A DNA stretch of 64,000 nucleotides. Source: Clostridia bacterium (GTDB lineage Bacteria > Bacillota > Clostridia > Christensenellales > CAG-138). Each line of letters opens with the position of its first letter. Within the stretch, counting starts at the first letter, position 1. Shown in pieces: positions 1 to 8,713 of this stretch. The position numbers were made by a program, and so were the translations under genes. The stretch spans positions 42,144-106,143 of the forward strand of contig JAVVXB010000003.1 in assembly GCA_036651815.1 (NCBI GenBank), written 5' to 3'. The notes under the pieces were generated by a model. That model ran no database searches and was not told the origin of the DNA. It saw only the letters and a list, made by a program, of their open reading frames with translations.

Positions 1-126
1 ATCAATAAAAGCAACCACCACTGAACACATGAATGATGAAGGAAAAGGACTATGCATCTCCACACAAGCGATTGCATCTATTCGATGAATCGTATGCGCT
101 TTCATTGAAATTTAGCAACAGAAGCG

Positions 127-152
127 GGGCGATCCTTACTGGATCGCCCTTT
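127..152 (+). terminator. Candidate intrinsic terminator hairpin
   Basis: GGGCGATCC-TTACT-GGATCGCCC perfect 9-bp stem followed by TTTGATATTT on the + strand. It lies between the addA stop (268) and the left edge. Which gene it serves is unclear. Confidence 0.4.
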
Positions 153-267
153 GATATTTAGTTCGTGAGAGGATTCAATGCAGCAGGGATGGTCAATCAT
201 GAACGAAGAATGCCATTCTCCCAAAGGTCAACTCTGTTGATGCGGCGCGGAGCGTATAGGCTTGGTT

Positions 268-3200
268 TTAGCGGAGCTGCATTGCTTCCTCTGCGGAGAG
301 CAGCACAATCCACTGTTCCACAACCGGCATACCCGTCAGCGCGTGCAGCGCCGTAGCATACAGGCGGAGCTGGCCGGCGTGCCGGGCGGCAATTTCGGCG
401 GGCGTGTTGTCTGCCGGCACATGATCCGTTTTGTAATCCAAGAGAATCCATCCATTGTTTTCCACAAAACAACAGTCGATTACGCCTTGCAACAACACGC
501 GTTCATTGGCGGTGGTATTGAAAATGTCGGCGGCGGCCATCTCATACCCAAAGGAAAGCTCTCGTTCCACGCGGGGACTTTTTTGCAGACGTGAAAAGAG
601 CGGAGAATGCGTGAACCAAACCAGCGTAGCGGGTTGAATTGATTTGGCCTGTTCCATCGTGATCAAACTGTGCGCTTGCAGAGAATCCAGTAACGAGGTC
701 GCGCAGGAGGTAGTCAGCGGAGCGGAAAGTGGCAGATGCTGCAGTACCGCATGCATGGCCGTGCCAAAGAAGGCGCCGCTGTGGCAGTCGCCTTGTAAAA
801 ATGCAGGGGTATCAAAGTCTGGCAATCGTGCGGGTGCGCCGGAAATCTGACCGCTGATGCGGCTGACGGAGACTTTGCTGGGCAACTGCACGGCATCGGC
901 GTGCGGATAGATCCAGGCGAACCGGTCTTGAAGCTGGGCAAGATAACCTTCATCCGGGGGCGGAAGCGTTGGCATGTGATTCGGCAGTTCGGCGGCAAGA
1001 TAGTCCCGGCGGGCATGGATGGTGAGCGGCAGCGAAGTACGGCTGCCCATCAGCAGCCAACTGAGGGGGGACGAAGCGGTCGAAATTGTCAAAGGGGATG
1101 CTGGCACGGACATTGCACCGCACTTTTCATCTGCATTTTGTAGGCAACCAATGAGTAGCAGCCGCGATTTTGCGCGGGTCATGGCCACATATAGCACGCG
1201 CATCTCCTCACTGAGCTGTTCGGTGCGTAGATGCCTAGCAATGGATTGGCGCAGCGCGGTGTCGTGACTGACGGAGCCAGAAAGAAGCCGAAGACCGATA
1301 CCAGCGGATGCATGAAGCTGCAACGCGGGACTGGACTTGGAAAAATTGAAGCGTGCACCCAGTTGGGCGACGAACACATAAGGATATTCAAGGCCTTTCG
1401 ATTTGTGGATGGTCAGAATCCGGACGACATTGGCATTGAGCGTCTGCGCAGCGCCAACGGAAGCCCCAGAACGAGCAAGCTGCATATGCCGGAGAAAACT
1501 CCATACGCCGCGCGCCCCTGTTGCCTCAAAGGCATGGGCACGGGCCAACAATGCATCCAAGTTGGCCTGTCGCTGCGCACCGCCGTAGCTTGCGCCCATC
1601 TCTTCGTAAAAACCGGTCTCATCGAGCAGCATGCCGATCAACTGTTCGACGGATAGCAGAGAACTCTCCTGGCGGTAGTGGGCTAGCATGGCAAAAAAGC
1701 TGCGTATTTTTTCGGGAAGAGCAGGCTCAAGAGCGGAATCAGCGCCGGCAGCCGCAGAAAGCGCGTCGAAGAAGGAGCCGTCCTTACAGGCTGCGCGAAT
1801 TGTAAGCAGTTCCTCCGGCGTAAAATCACCGATGGAGCTGAGCATTACGGATAGTAACGGAACGTCCTGCTGACGGTTGTCAATCACCATCAGCAGATTC
1901 AAAAGAACCTGCACCTCGATGGCGTCGAAATAACCACCGTTAACCTGCGCATAACAGGGGATTCCGCATTGGCTCAAGGTTTGGGCAAGCCGTTGGGCGT
2001 GGGTTGTGGAGCGCAGCAGGATGGCAAAATCGGCGTAGGTGGGCGCACGCGGGGCCGACTCCGCAGAGTCATCGATGCATTCGTGCGACATGATGGCACG
2101 GATGCGCTCGGCTATCAGCCGCGCTTCCACCTCCGCATCGGCTGCGGCCTCCAGGGGCTCCCCTTCCTCATCCTCAACGTTTGCAGTTCGTTCAATAATA
2201 TGTAATTCTGCGCCGCCAGAAGCATGCGTTGCGCCGGGTACGAGCATGGCTCTGGCGTCATATTCCATTTCACCGGTTTGCTCCGTCATAATGACCGAAA
2301 ACGTGCCGTTGACGCAGTCGAGCACCTCGCGTGCGGAGCGGAAGTTACGATTGAGATCGATGCGCCTGCCTGCACCACCGGAAAAAGCGGACAGCTTATC
2401 CAGAAACAATGCGGGATCAGCCTGCCGAAAACGATAGATTGATTGCTTGACGTCCCCCACAAAAAAGAGATTGTCCGCACGCCGAATCCGTTCGATGATG
2501 GCGTTGTGCACACGGTTGCTATCCTGATATTCATCAATGGCAATATACGCAAACTTTTCGTGGTATTCCCGGGCAATTTCCGGCAGCGACAGTATGGAGA
2601 GCGCATCATGTTCAAGGTCGGCGTAATCCAGCACGCCCTTCTTTCTTTTTGCATCAGAAAAGGCTGCCCGGTAGGCAGTGATGATGTGTTGCAACGCAAA
2701 CAGTACAATGCCGGAATTCCGCATGGCAATTATTTCGTCGATAAAGCATCTGCGCAGCCTGTCCTGCTGCTCCCGGATGTGCTTTTTGACCGTTTCCCGG
2801 GTTGCTTTGACGGGCGCTTTTTCCTCGTCGGAAGTGCCACGGGGAAAACGCAGCGTGGAGAAGTTAAAATCCTGTAAGCCCTGACGATAATGGTCATATC
2901 CCTCAGCCAGCAGCAGTCCGCGGCAGCGTAGGAGATCGTCGTCCAACACGGCGATAACGCAGCCCATGCCCGGGGGTAGCGTATCGCGTATGCTGGAGAG
3001 TCCGCTAATCAGAATGGAAAGCTCCTGCTTGCAGTCTGCAAGAACCGTGTCCAACTGGACGGTGATTTCCTCGTCGCTTTCATACCGGCCAACCGCTTGT
3101 GCAAGCCATGCTTCCGGTTCGGGCTGACTTTCGAGAAAAGAAGCAGTCTCGGTTACGGCCGTCCATGCGGCATCCTCGCTCCCCAGGGCGGAAAGCAGGC

Positions 3201-3663
3201 GTAACCAGTCCGCATTCTCCTCGGCGCAGAGCGCGTTCAATAGCGTTTCCTTGACCTGTTCACGGAGTACGGCAACCTCCAGTTCATCGGCAATCCGCAT
3301 GTGCGGTGGTAGGCCGATGGCGTGATAATGGCGCTTGATGACCCGTGCACAGAAGGCATGGACGGTGGAAAAATAGGCGCTGCCTACGTGCGTCGCCTGT
3401 GTGCGCAGATAGGCGGCTTGTTCTCCACCCGCCGCGTCCGCAGCACGGTTCAACCGGTTCATGATGCGGGTTTTCATCTCCGCGGCGGCGGCACGCGTAA
3501 AAGTTAATACAAGGATGTTGTCAACAGGGGTACCGTTTTCAATCCGCGTAACGATGCGTTCGGTCAAAACAGCGGTCTTTCCCGAGCCTGCGGCAGCGGA
3601 GACGATCAGGTTGCCTTCGAAGGAAATGGCATCCTGCTGTTCATTTGTCCATGGCATGAGCAT
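268..3663 (-). CDS. addA: ATP-dependent helicase/nuclease AddA (UvrD/Rep-type helicase plus C-terminal PD-(D/E)XK nuclease)
   Basis: 1131-aa ORF. N-terminal Walker A AAAGSGKTAVL, UvrD-like helicase motifs and a C-terminal nuclease motif (LLDYKTD). Start overlaps the addB stop by 23 nt. Confidence 0.9.
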   Translation of the reverse strand: MLMPWTNEQQDAISFEGNLIVSAAAGSGKTAVLTERIVTRIENGTPVDNILVLTFTRAAAAEMKTRIMNRLNRAADAAGGEQAAYLRTQATHVGSAYFSTVHAFCARVIKRHYHAIGLPPHMRIADELEVAVLREQVKETLLNALCAEENADWLRLLSALGSEDAAWTAVTETASFLESQPEPEAWLAQAVGRYESDEEITVQLDTVLADCKQELSILISGLSSIRDTLPPGMGCVIAVLDDDLLRCRGLLLAEGYDHYRQGLQDFNFSTLRFPRGTSDEEKAPVKATRETVKKHIREQQDRLRRCFIDEIIAMRNSGIVLFALQHIITAYRAAFSDAKRKKGVLDYADLEHDALSILSLPEIAREYHEKFAYIAIDEYQDSNRVHNAIIERIRRADNLFFVGDVKQSIYRFRQADPALFLDKLSAFSGGAGRRIDLNRNFRSAREVLDCVNGTFSVIMTEQTGEMEYDARAMLVPGATHASGGAELHIIERTANVEDEEGEPLEAAADAEVEARLIAERIRAIMSHECIDDSAESAPRAPTYADFAILLRSTTHAQRLAQTLSQCGIPCYAQVNGGYFDAIEVQVLLNLLMVIDNRQQDVPLLSVMLSSIGDFTPEELLTIRAACKDGSFFDALSAAAGADSALEPALPEKIRSFFAMLAHYRQESSLLSVEQLIGMLLDETGFYEEMGASYGGAQRQANLDALLARAHAFEATGARGVWSFLRHMQLARSGASVGAAQTLNANVVRILTIHKSKGLEYPYVFVAQLGARFNFSKSSPALQLHASAGIGLRLLSGSVSHDTALRQSIARHLRTEQLSEEMRVLYVAMTRAKSRLLLIGCLQNADEKCGAMSVPASPLTISTASSPLSWLLMGSRTSLPLTIHARRDYLAAELPNHMPTLPPPDEGYLAQLQDRFAWIYPHADAVQLPSKVSVSRISGQISGAPARLPDFDTPAFLQGDCHSGAFFGTAMHAVLQHLPLSAPLTTSCATSLLDSLQAHSLITMEQAKSIQPATLVWFTHSPLFSRLQKSPRVERELSFGYEMAAADIFNTTANERVLLQGVIDCCFVENNGWILLDYKTDHVPADNTPAEIAARHAGQLRLYATALHALTGMPVVEQWIVLLSAEEAMQLR

Positions 3664-6600
3664 CCCCTCCGATCAAGGCGAAAAAATCTGTGAGCTTGAG
3701 TTTGTCATATTTGCGTGTGTGATTGCCCGGAATCATGGGATCAAAGCGGCACACGCTCCGATAGTCGCAGTAGCTACAGGTTCGCTCGGCGGGCGCCACT
3801 TCGATATGCCCGTCAAGCATGCGACCGAACGTCTGCACGGATACCCGGCGCGCTGTTTGGAGCAGCGCCTCCAACTGCTCTGCCGTGCAGAGATTGCCGC
3901 AAAATGCATCTTCACCAGCTGCTTTGACATTTTTGAGCACGGTGGGGTAGGTACCAATCTCGCGGTCACTGGCCAGCAATATCCGTGCATCGCATAAGGT
4001 CAGCCCCCGTAAGCGGAATGCTTCGGAGACCACCTGCTCGAGATCTGCGCTTTCATCGATGGTGGGCATGCGCAGCGGCATATAGTACATGCCTGCGGGC
4101 AACTGATTCGGGTCGGGGGCGGCATTTGACGGACCACCGGATACTGCTAGCAGATACAGCGGTAGCTGGAGCGTCAGGCCATGCAAAATGCTGGAAAAGT
4201 CAAAATCTCGATCACCCGATTTATAATCGACAATGCGCAGGGCGGTGGTTTCACCTATATTCGCCATATCAACACGGTCGATCACGCCGGAAAGCAACGC
4301 AGATGTACCGTCTTCCAACACCAACTGTACAGGTGGAAACGCCTGACCCTCACCAAAGCGCACCTCTGAGGAAAGAGGTGTAAAACTGCCCGCCTGTATC
4401 TGATGAACCAAGGCGCGGGCGCTCATTTTAACCGTATCGACAAGCAGCGACAACGTGGCACGCAGGCGGTCGTTGTGCAAAAATATGCCATCGTTGTGGA
4501 TGGCAAGAATCTCCGGTAGCACGGTATCAACCACCGTATCAACCTGCTGTGTCGTCAGGGTGCGAAAATCGATTTCGTCTTGTTGCACCCGCTTGATAAA
4601 CGCGTCCAGCACGGCATGGTAGAACGAACCAAGATCCAACGCACGTTCCGTATATTCCCGCCGATCCCGCGCGGCGAGGCCATAGCGGATGAAGTGCTGA
4701 AATGGGCATGCGTTAAATCGCTCCAGACGGCTTGCACTCATGCGGATGGTGCTGCCGTACAGGGTGCGGGTCAGCGCACGGCCCATGGCGGGCAGCGTGT
4801 GGCGGAGTCGGCCGGCGGCAAGCATCCGCCGTACAATCGGCGCGTACACTGGCCGGCTCGTATAATAGGAAACAAGGCTGGGCAATCGCGGCGTGGCCAG
4901 ACTGTCCATATAGAGCATGCGTAAATCCGCCGCCAGCACGCGCAGTCCCGTTCGTTCGCTATCCGGCAGCGCGTCTGTACCGCCCAGATTCGTCTGAATT
5001 TGGCAGCGCGGAAAAAGCTGCAAGAGCCGGTGAATCAACGGCGAGGGGGCCAGCTCGCTTCCGTCAGCGGAGAAGGCATAGCTGATAAACAGAGTCTCCC
5101 GTGCCTTGCTGAGGGCGGTGTACAGATCCAACCGGTCGCCAGAAAGACGCTGTTCAGCGGAATTCCACACGGGGCATCCAGTGCGTTGCATCTGGAGAAG
5201 CTCATTGTCGTCGATGAGGCCATCGTCACCACGGGATGGCGGCAGAAGCCCTTCGTTTGCGCCGACGATGAACAGCGCACGCACTGCACGGGATTTTGTA
5301 CGGTCCAGATCTCCAAGCAGAACCTGATCGCTGGTGCCAGGAACGACGCCGATGGCATAACCGGACAAGCCTTCCTCCAGCAGCTCCGCAAACAGCGTTC
5401 GATTGACCGGCACGTCGCCCATGATGGCAGAGAGTTGGGAAAGTAGACTCATGAGGGTATTCCATACCTGCGCGTGTTCCTCCATGAGCGAGATGCGTCC
5501 GGCAGTCAGCAGCTCCTGGGTTTTTGCCCGCAGTTGTCCCTCAAGATTGATTGTGACGAGATAGTCGTATAACGCCCGTACCTTTTCGCCAACAGTGCGG
5601 CCAAGTAAACCTGCTTGCAGCTGTGTCAGCGGAGCAGTGACGTTTTGCCGCGCTCTTTCCGCGCCATCCGAGATTTCCCCGCGGGAAAATGGCTTTGTGA
5701 GGGCGGAACCGGTCAGCCCTGTGCGCAGCAGATAGAGCTCAAGCTCCTCCGCATCGCGAAGTGGGATATTGGCATAGCCGCTTTTTACAAGTCTGAGTAT
5801 TTCGACGGCTGGATATCCGCCGGAAACCGCCCGCACGGCGGAGAGCGCCGCGTCGATGGCGGCATGACCGGTAACCGGCAGCTTTCGGTCTAGAAAAACC
5901 GGGATATTGCGGCGGGAAAGCACCCGGGAAACCAGCGGCATATACGCATCCGGGTCGGAAACGATGACGGCCATCTCTCGATAACGCACGCCACGGCGTG
6001 CCTGCGCGGAGATGGCATCTGCGAGTGCTTCGACCTCTGCGGTGCGGTCGGATGCACCGAACACCGTGATGTTCGGCGCATCCTCGTTGTATGCAAGGGT
6101 TGGGTAAGCGAACAGATTATGTTCCAAATGGTACAGCGCAGGCGCAATGCTTTTACCGTGGCTCATGCGCGCGATTGTCACGGGACAATTGCGTCGATCG
6201 GCCAGCTCCCGTATGCGGGTATAGATCTGTATATCCGGTAAAAACAAATCCGCGTCCGGCGGCATGGAAAGATCACAGCGGAGGGAAATGGTCACCTCGC
6301 TTGCGGTCATCAGCAACGCGTCCAGCCAGGTGAATAACTGTCCGCTGGGATGTTCAATGCCATCGAGATAGACTGGAATCCCGCGGATAAACGATTCTGG
6401 CAGCAGGGAACGGGCGGCGTTGTATGCGTCGTCGGTTGTCAGATACCGGTCGGATAAAAACGATTCGGTCTCCCGATACAGTAGCGCAATGTCGGATAGT
6501 TTGTCGTGCAGAGCCGTTCCCGCCGGCAGTTTTTCAACTACGGCTGACAAATCATCAGTCGTAAACCCACTGCGCTTACAGTCGGAAAAGATGGTTTGCA

Positions 6601-6955
6601 TTTCAGCGGCGAATCCGCTCTGGCGCGCTGTGCGGGAAAACATGGACAATTCGTCCGCGTGCAGCAGCGCCGCGCGCCGGATAACGATGCGGTGTCCTTG
6701 CGGGGATAGAAACGGCGTTGTGAGACCGTGGAGGCTGAGAATGCGCTCGTTGAGCCGTTCAAAGCTCAGCACCTGCACACCGAACAGACCACCCAACGCG
6801 CCGGAAAGCGACCGTTCCGCTTCGAAGGTGTATTGCTCTGGCACAATCAACACCGCGCGCTCGCCCGCCTGTTGGCGTGTTTTCAGCGCGGCGGTGATGT
6901 TGGCGCTCTTTCCCGTATTGGCGCGTCCAAGTAAAAAATGCACTTGTGCGCTCAT
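3641..6955 (-). CDS. addB: ATP-dependent helicase/nuclease AddB with Fe-S cluster nuclease domain
   Basis: 1104-aa ORF. GRANTGKS P-loop, C-terminal RIVDYKSG nuclease motif, and a Cys set (CPFQHF ... CSYCDYRSVC) typical of the AddB Fe-S staple. Sits directly upstream of addA. Confidence 0.9.
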   Translation of the reverse strand: MSAQVHFLLGRANTGKSANITAALKTRQQAGERAVLIVPEQYTFEAERSLSGALGGLFGVQVLSFERLNERILSLHGLTTPFLSPQGHRIVIRRAALLHADELSMFSRTARQSGFAAEMQTIFSDCKRSGFTTDDLSAVVEKLPAGTALHDKLSDIALLYRETESFLSDRYLTTDDAYNAARSLLPESFIRGIPVYLDGIEHPSGQLFTWLDALLMTASEVTISLRCDLSMPPDADLFLPDIQIYTRIRELADRRNCPVTIARMSHGKSIAPALYHLEHNLFAYPTLAYNEDAPNITVFGASDRTAEVEALADAISAQARRGVRYREMAVIVSDPDAYMPLVSRVLSRRNIPVFLDRKLPVTGHAAIDAALSAVRAVSGGYPAVEILRLVKSGYANIPLRDAEELELYLLRTGLTGSALTKPFSRGEISDGAERARQNVTAPLTQLQAGLLGRTVGEKVRALYDYLVTINLEGQLRAKTQELLTAGRISLMEEHAQVWNTLMSLLSQLSAIMGDVPVNRTLFAELLEEGLSGYAIGVVPGTSDQVLLGDLDRTKSRAVRALFIVGANEGLLPPSRGDDGLIDDNELLQMQRTGCPVWNSAEQRLSGDRLDLYTALSKARETLFISYAFSADGSELAPSPLIHRLLQLFPRCQIQTNLGGTDALPDSERTGLRVLAADLRMLYMDSLATPRLPSLVSYYTSRPVYAPIVRRMLAAGRLRHTLPAMGRALTRTLYGSTIRMSASRLERFNACPFQHFIRYGLAARDRREYTERALDLGSFYHAVLDAFIKRVQQDEIDFRTLTTQQVDTVVDTVLPEILAIHNDGIFLHNDRLRATLSLLVDTVKMSARALVHQIQAGSFTPLSSEVRFGEGQAFPPVQLVLEDGTSALLSGVIDRVDMANIGETTALRIVDYKSGDRDFDFSSILHGLTLQLPLYLLAVSGGPSNAAPDPNQLPAGMYYMPLRMPTIDESADLEQVVSEAFRLRGLTLCDARILLASDREIGTYPTVLKNVKAAGEDAFCGNLCTAEQLEALLQTARRVSVQTFGRMLDGHIEVAPAERTCSYCDYRSVCRFDPMIPGNHTRKYDKLKLTDFFALIGGDAHAMDK

Positions 6956-7476
6956 GAAAGCTTCTCCTTGTGCACGACCAAATATTGCATCTGTCCATGG
7001 TTGGGGCGGCTTTCATACAGCACAATGGAATCCGCTGTGAATGCGGCGGTTTGGTGCGGCAGCAGGAAGCCATCCTCCTTTGTGACGTTGCGCCCAAGTG
7101 TGATATGTGGCGTAAGACGACCGCGGTTCTGGGTGAAGCCCTGCTCCCAAAGCGCACTCTCCAGGGACTCATACAGGCTGTTGAGCTCATCGAGATCTCC
7201 ACCCACGGATACAAATGCTGTGCGGCCATTTTTCCCGCCGAAGCTTCCGTACCCCTGAAGCCGCAGCACAAAGGGGCGAATATCTCGAACAGCGTCCCGC
7301 ATGGCAGTTGCAGCGCCGGAAAGGTCGCCGCTCTCGCCAATAAAGTGCAGCGTGAGATGAAAGTTCTTGCTGGGAACAAAACGACCCTCCGCACCGGCGG
7401 AAATGAGTGCGGTTTGAGCGCACTCGGCAGCCCGCCGGATATCGGGGGGTAACGGGATGGCAATAAAAAGGCGCAT
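6952..7476 (-). CDS. thpR: RNA 2',3'-cyclic phosphodiesterase, 2H phosphoesterase family (ThpR/LigT)
   Basis: Two H-x-T motifs (HLTLHF, HITLGR). Start taken at MRLFIAIPL (7476) with GGAGG 8 nt upstream, not the longer track ORF. Stop overlaps the addB start by 4 nt. Confidence 0.8.
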   Translation of the reverse strand: MRLFIAIPLPPDIRRAAECAQTALISAGAEGRFVPSKNFHLTLHFIGESGDLSGAATAMRDAVRDIRPFVLRLQGYGSFGGKNGRTAFVSVGGDLDELNSLYESLESALWEQGFTQNRGRLTPHITLGRNVTKEDGFLLPHQTAAFTADSIVLYESRPNHGQMQYLVVHKEKLS

Positions 7477-7710
7477 GGTGAAAACCTCCATAAAAGCGGG
7501 TACTATTTTATCAAAAACGAGGAAAAAAGCGGGTTGTGCAGAATCAATGCACAAACCGCTTGGGATTGACGATTGCGTGGGCATACAGGAATCCCGTGGT
7601 GCTCTCCGCGTTGTATCGGGGTTGTTGCACCCGGTGTCGTTTCTGTGCGCACGCCCAGTTCATGCAGCCTAGAGCCCGTTTTTCTTAGTATAGCATAAAC
7701 GTTCACGCTT

Positions 7711-7719
7711 TGTTATACT
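7711..7719 (+). promoter_or_regulatory. Extended -10 box TGTTATACT, 7 nt upstream of the ispE ATG
   Basis: TGnTATACT at 7711-7719, then GATTGCT, then ATG at 7727. No Shine-Dalgarno in the gap. Confidence 0.5.
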
Positions 7720-7726
7720 GATTGCT

Positions 7727-8560
7727 ATGGAATCGATTACACAAAAGGCGTATGCAAAATTGAACCTGACGCTAGGGGTACTGTATAAACGTACCGATGG
7801 CTATCATGCGCTGGACACGCTCATGCAGAGCATTGATCTGCACGATACCGTCACCTGCGAAAGAGCAACCGATGTATTGGTGACGGCCAGCGGCATGCTG
7901 CTACCCTACGAAAACACACTGAAAAAAGCAGCGGATCGATATTGCGCGCTGACGGGCAAGGGCGCGCATATCCGGGTCGTAAAGCGCATTCCTGCCGAGG
8001 CGGGCATGGGGGGCGGCAGTGCGGACGCGGCGGCGGTACTCGTCGGTATGCAGCGGCTCTATGGGGACCTGGGTGAGGAACAGCTCTATGATGCGGCACT
8101 GTCTGTGGGTGCGGATGTGCCATTTTGTCTATATGCTCAATTGGGCGGCAGTCTTGCGCGTGCGGAGGGCGTTGGGGAAAAGCTCACGTCGCTTGCTTCC
8201 ACACCGCTGCATTTTGTGGTTGTAAAACCAAAGGCAGGCGTTTCCACGCGTGCGCTGTTTTCGTCACTGAAGCTCATACGTAAAAATCCGGACAACACGG
8301 CGGCCATGCGCGCCATTTCCGATGGCGATGTGGCCGCGCTGAGCGGGCTGCTGTATAACGTGCTGGAGGAGCCGGCGACGGAGCTGGTGCCGGAGATATG
8401 CACGTTGAAACGAAGGCTTCGGGAAGCAGGGGCGCTGGGGGCTGCAATGACCGGTAGCGGAAGCGGGGTGTTCGGCCTGTTTGAAAACGAACCGGCGGCA
8501 AACACGGCGGCAGAGATGCTCTCCGACATTGCTTATTGCAGAGCGTGCAGAAGTTTGTAA
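7727..8560 (+). CDS. ispE: 4-diphosphocytidyl-2-C-methyl-D-erythritol kinase
   Basis: AKLNLTLGV N-terminus and GHMP kinase motif PAEAGMGGGSADAAAVL. 277 aa. Confidence 0.9.
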   Translation: MESITQKAYAKLNLTLGVLYKRTDGYHALDTLMQSIDLHDTVTCERATDVLVTASGMLLPYENTLKKAADRYCALTGKGAHIRVVKRIPAEAGMGGGSADAAAVLVGMQRLYGDLGEEQLYDAALSVGADVPFCLYAQLGGSLARAEGVGEKLTSLASTPLHFVVVKPKAGVSTRALFSSLKLIRKNPDNTAAMRAISDGDVAALSGLLYNVLEEPATELVPEICTLKRRLREAGALGAAMTGSGSGVFGLFENEPAANTAAEMLSDIAYCRACRSL

Positions 8561-8713
8561 CGCTGTAAAGTCGTTAATCGCACAAAAAAGCGTCGCCGTG
8601 CTTTCACAGGCTTGGAACGAATCTACACACAATGTAAATATTTCACGAATATTCCGCCGAATTTGTAGTAACCACGGCGTATATTTTGTACAATCACAAA
8701 TAGAGGTTAATGC

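Noticed and set aside
1-105. Partial ORFs at the left edge. The + frame ends ...EGKGLCISTQAIASIR at TGA 86-88. The minus frame starts MKAHTIHRIDAIACVEMH at 105.
   Set aside because: The two readings are mutually exclusive, both are under 35 codons, neither has a motif or SD, and the rest lies outside the window. The hairpin at 127-152 slightly favours the + strand reading, but neither is supportable.
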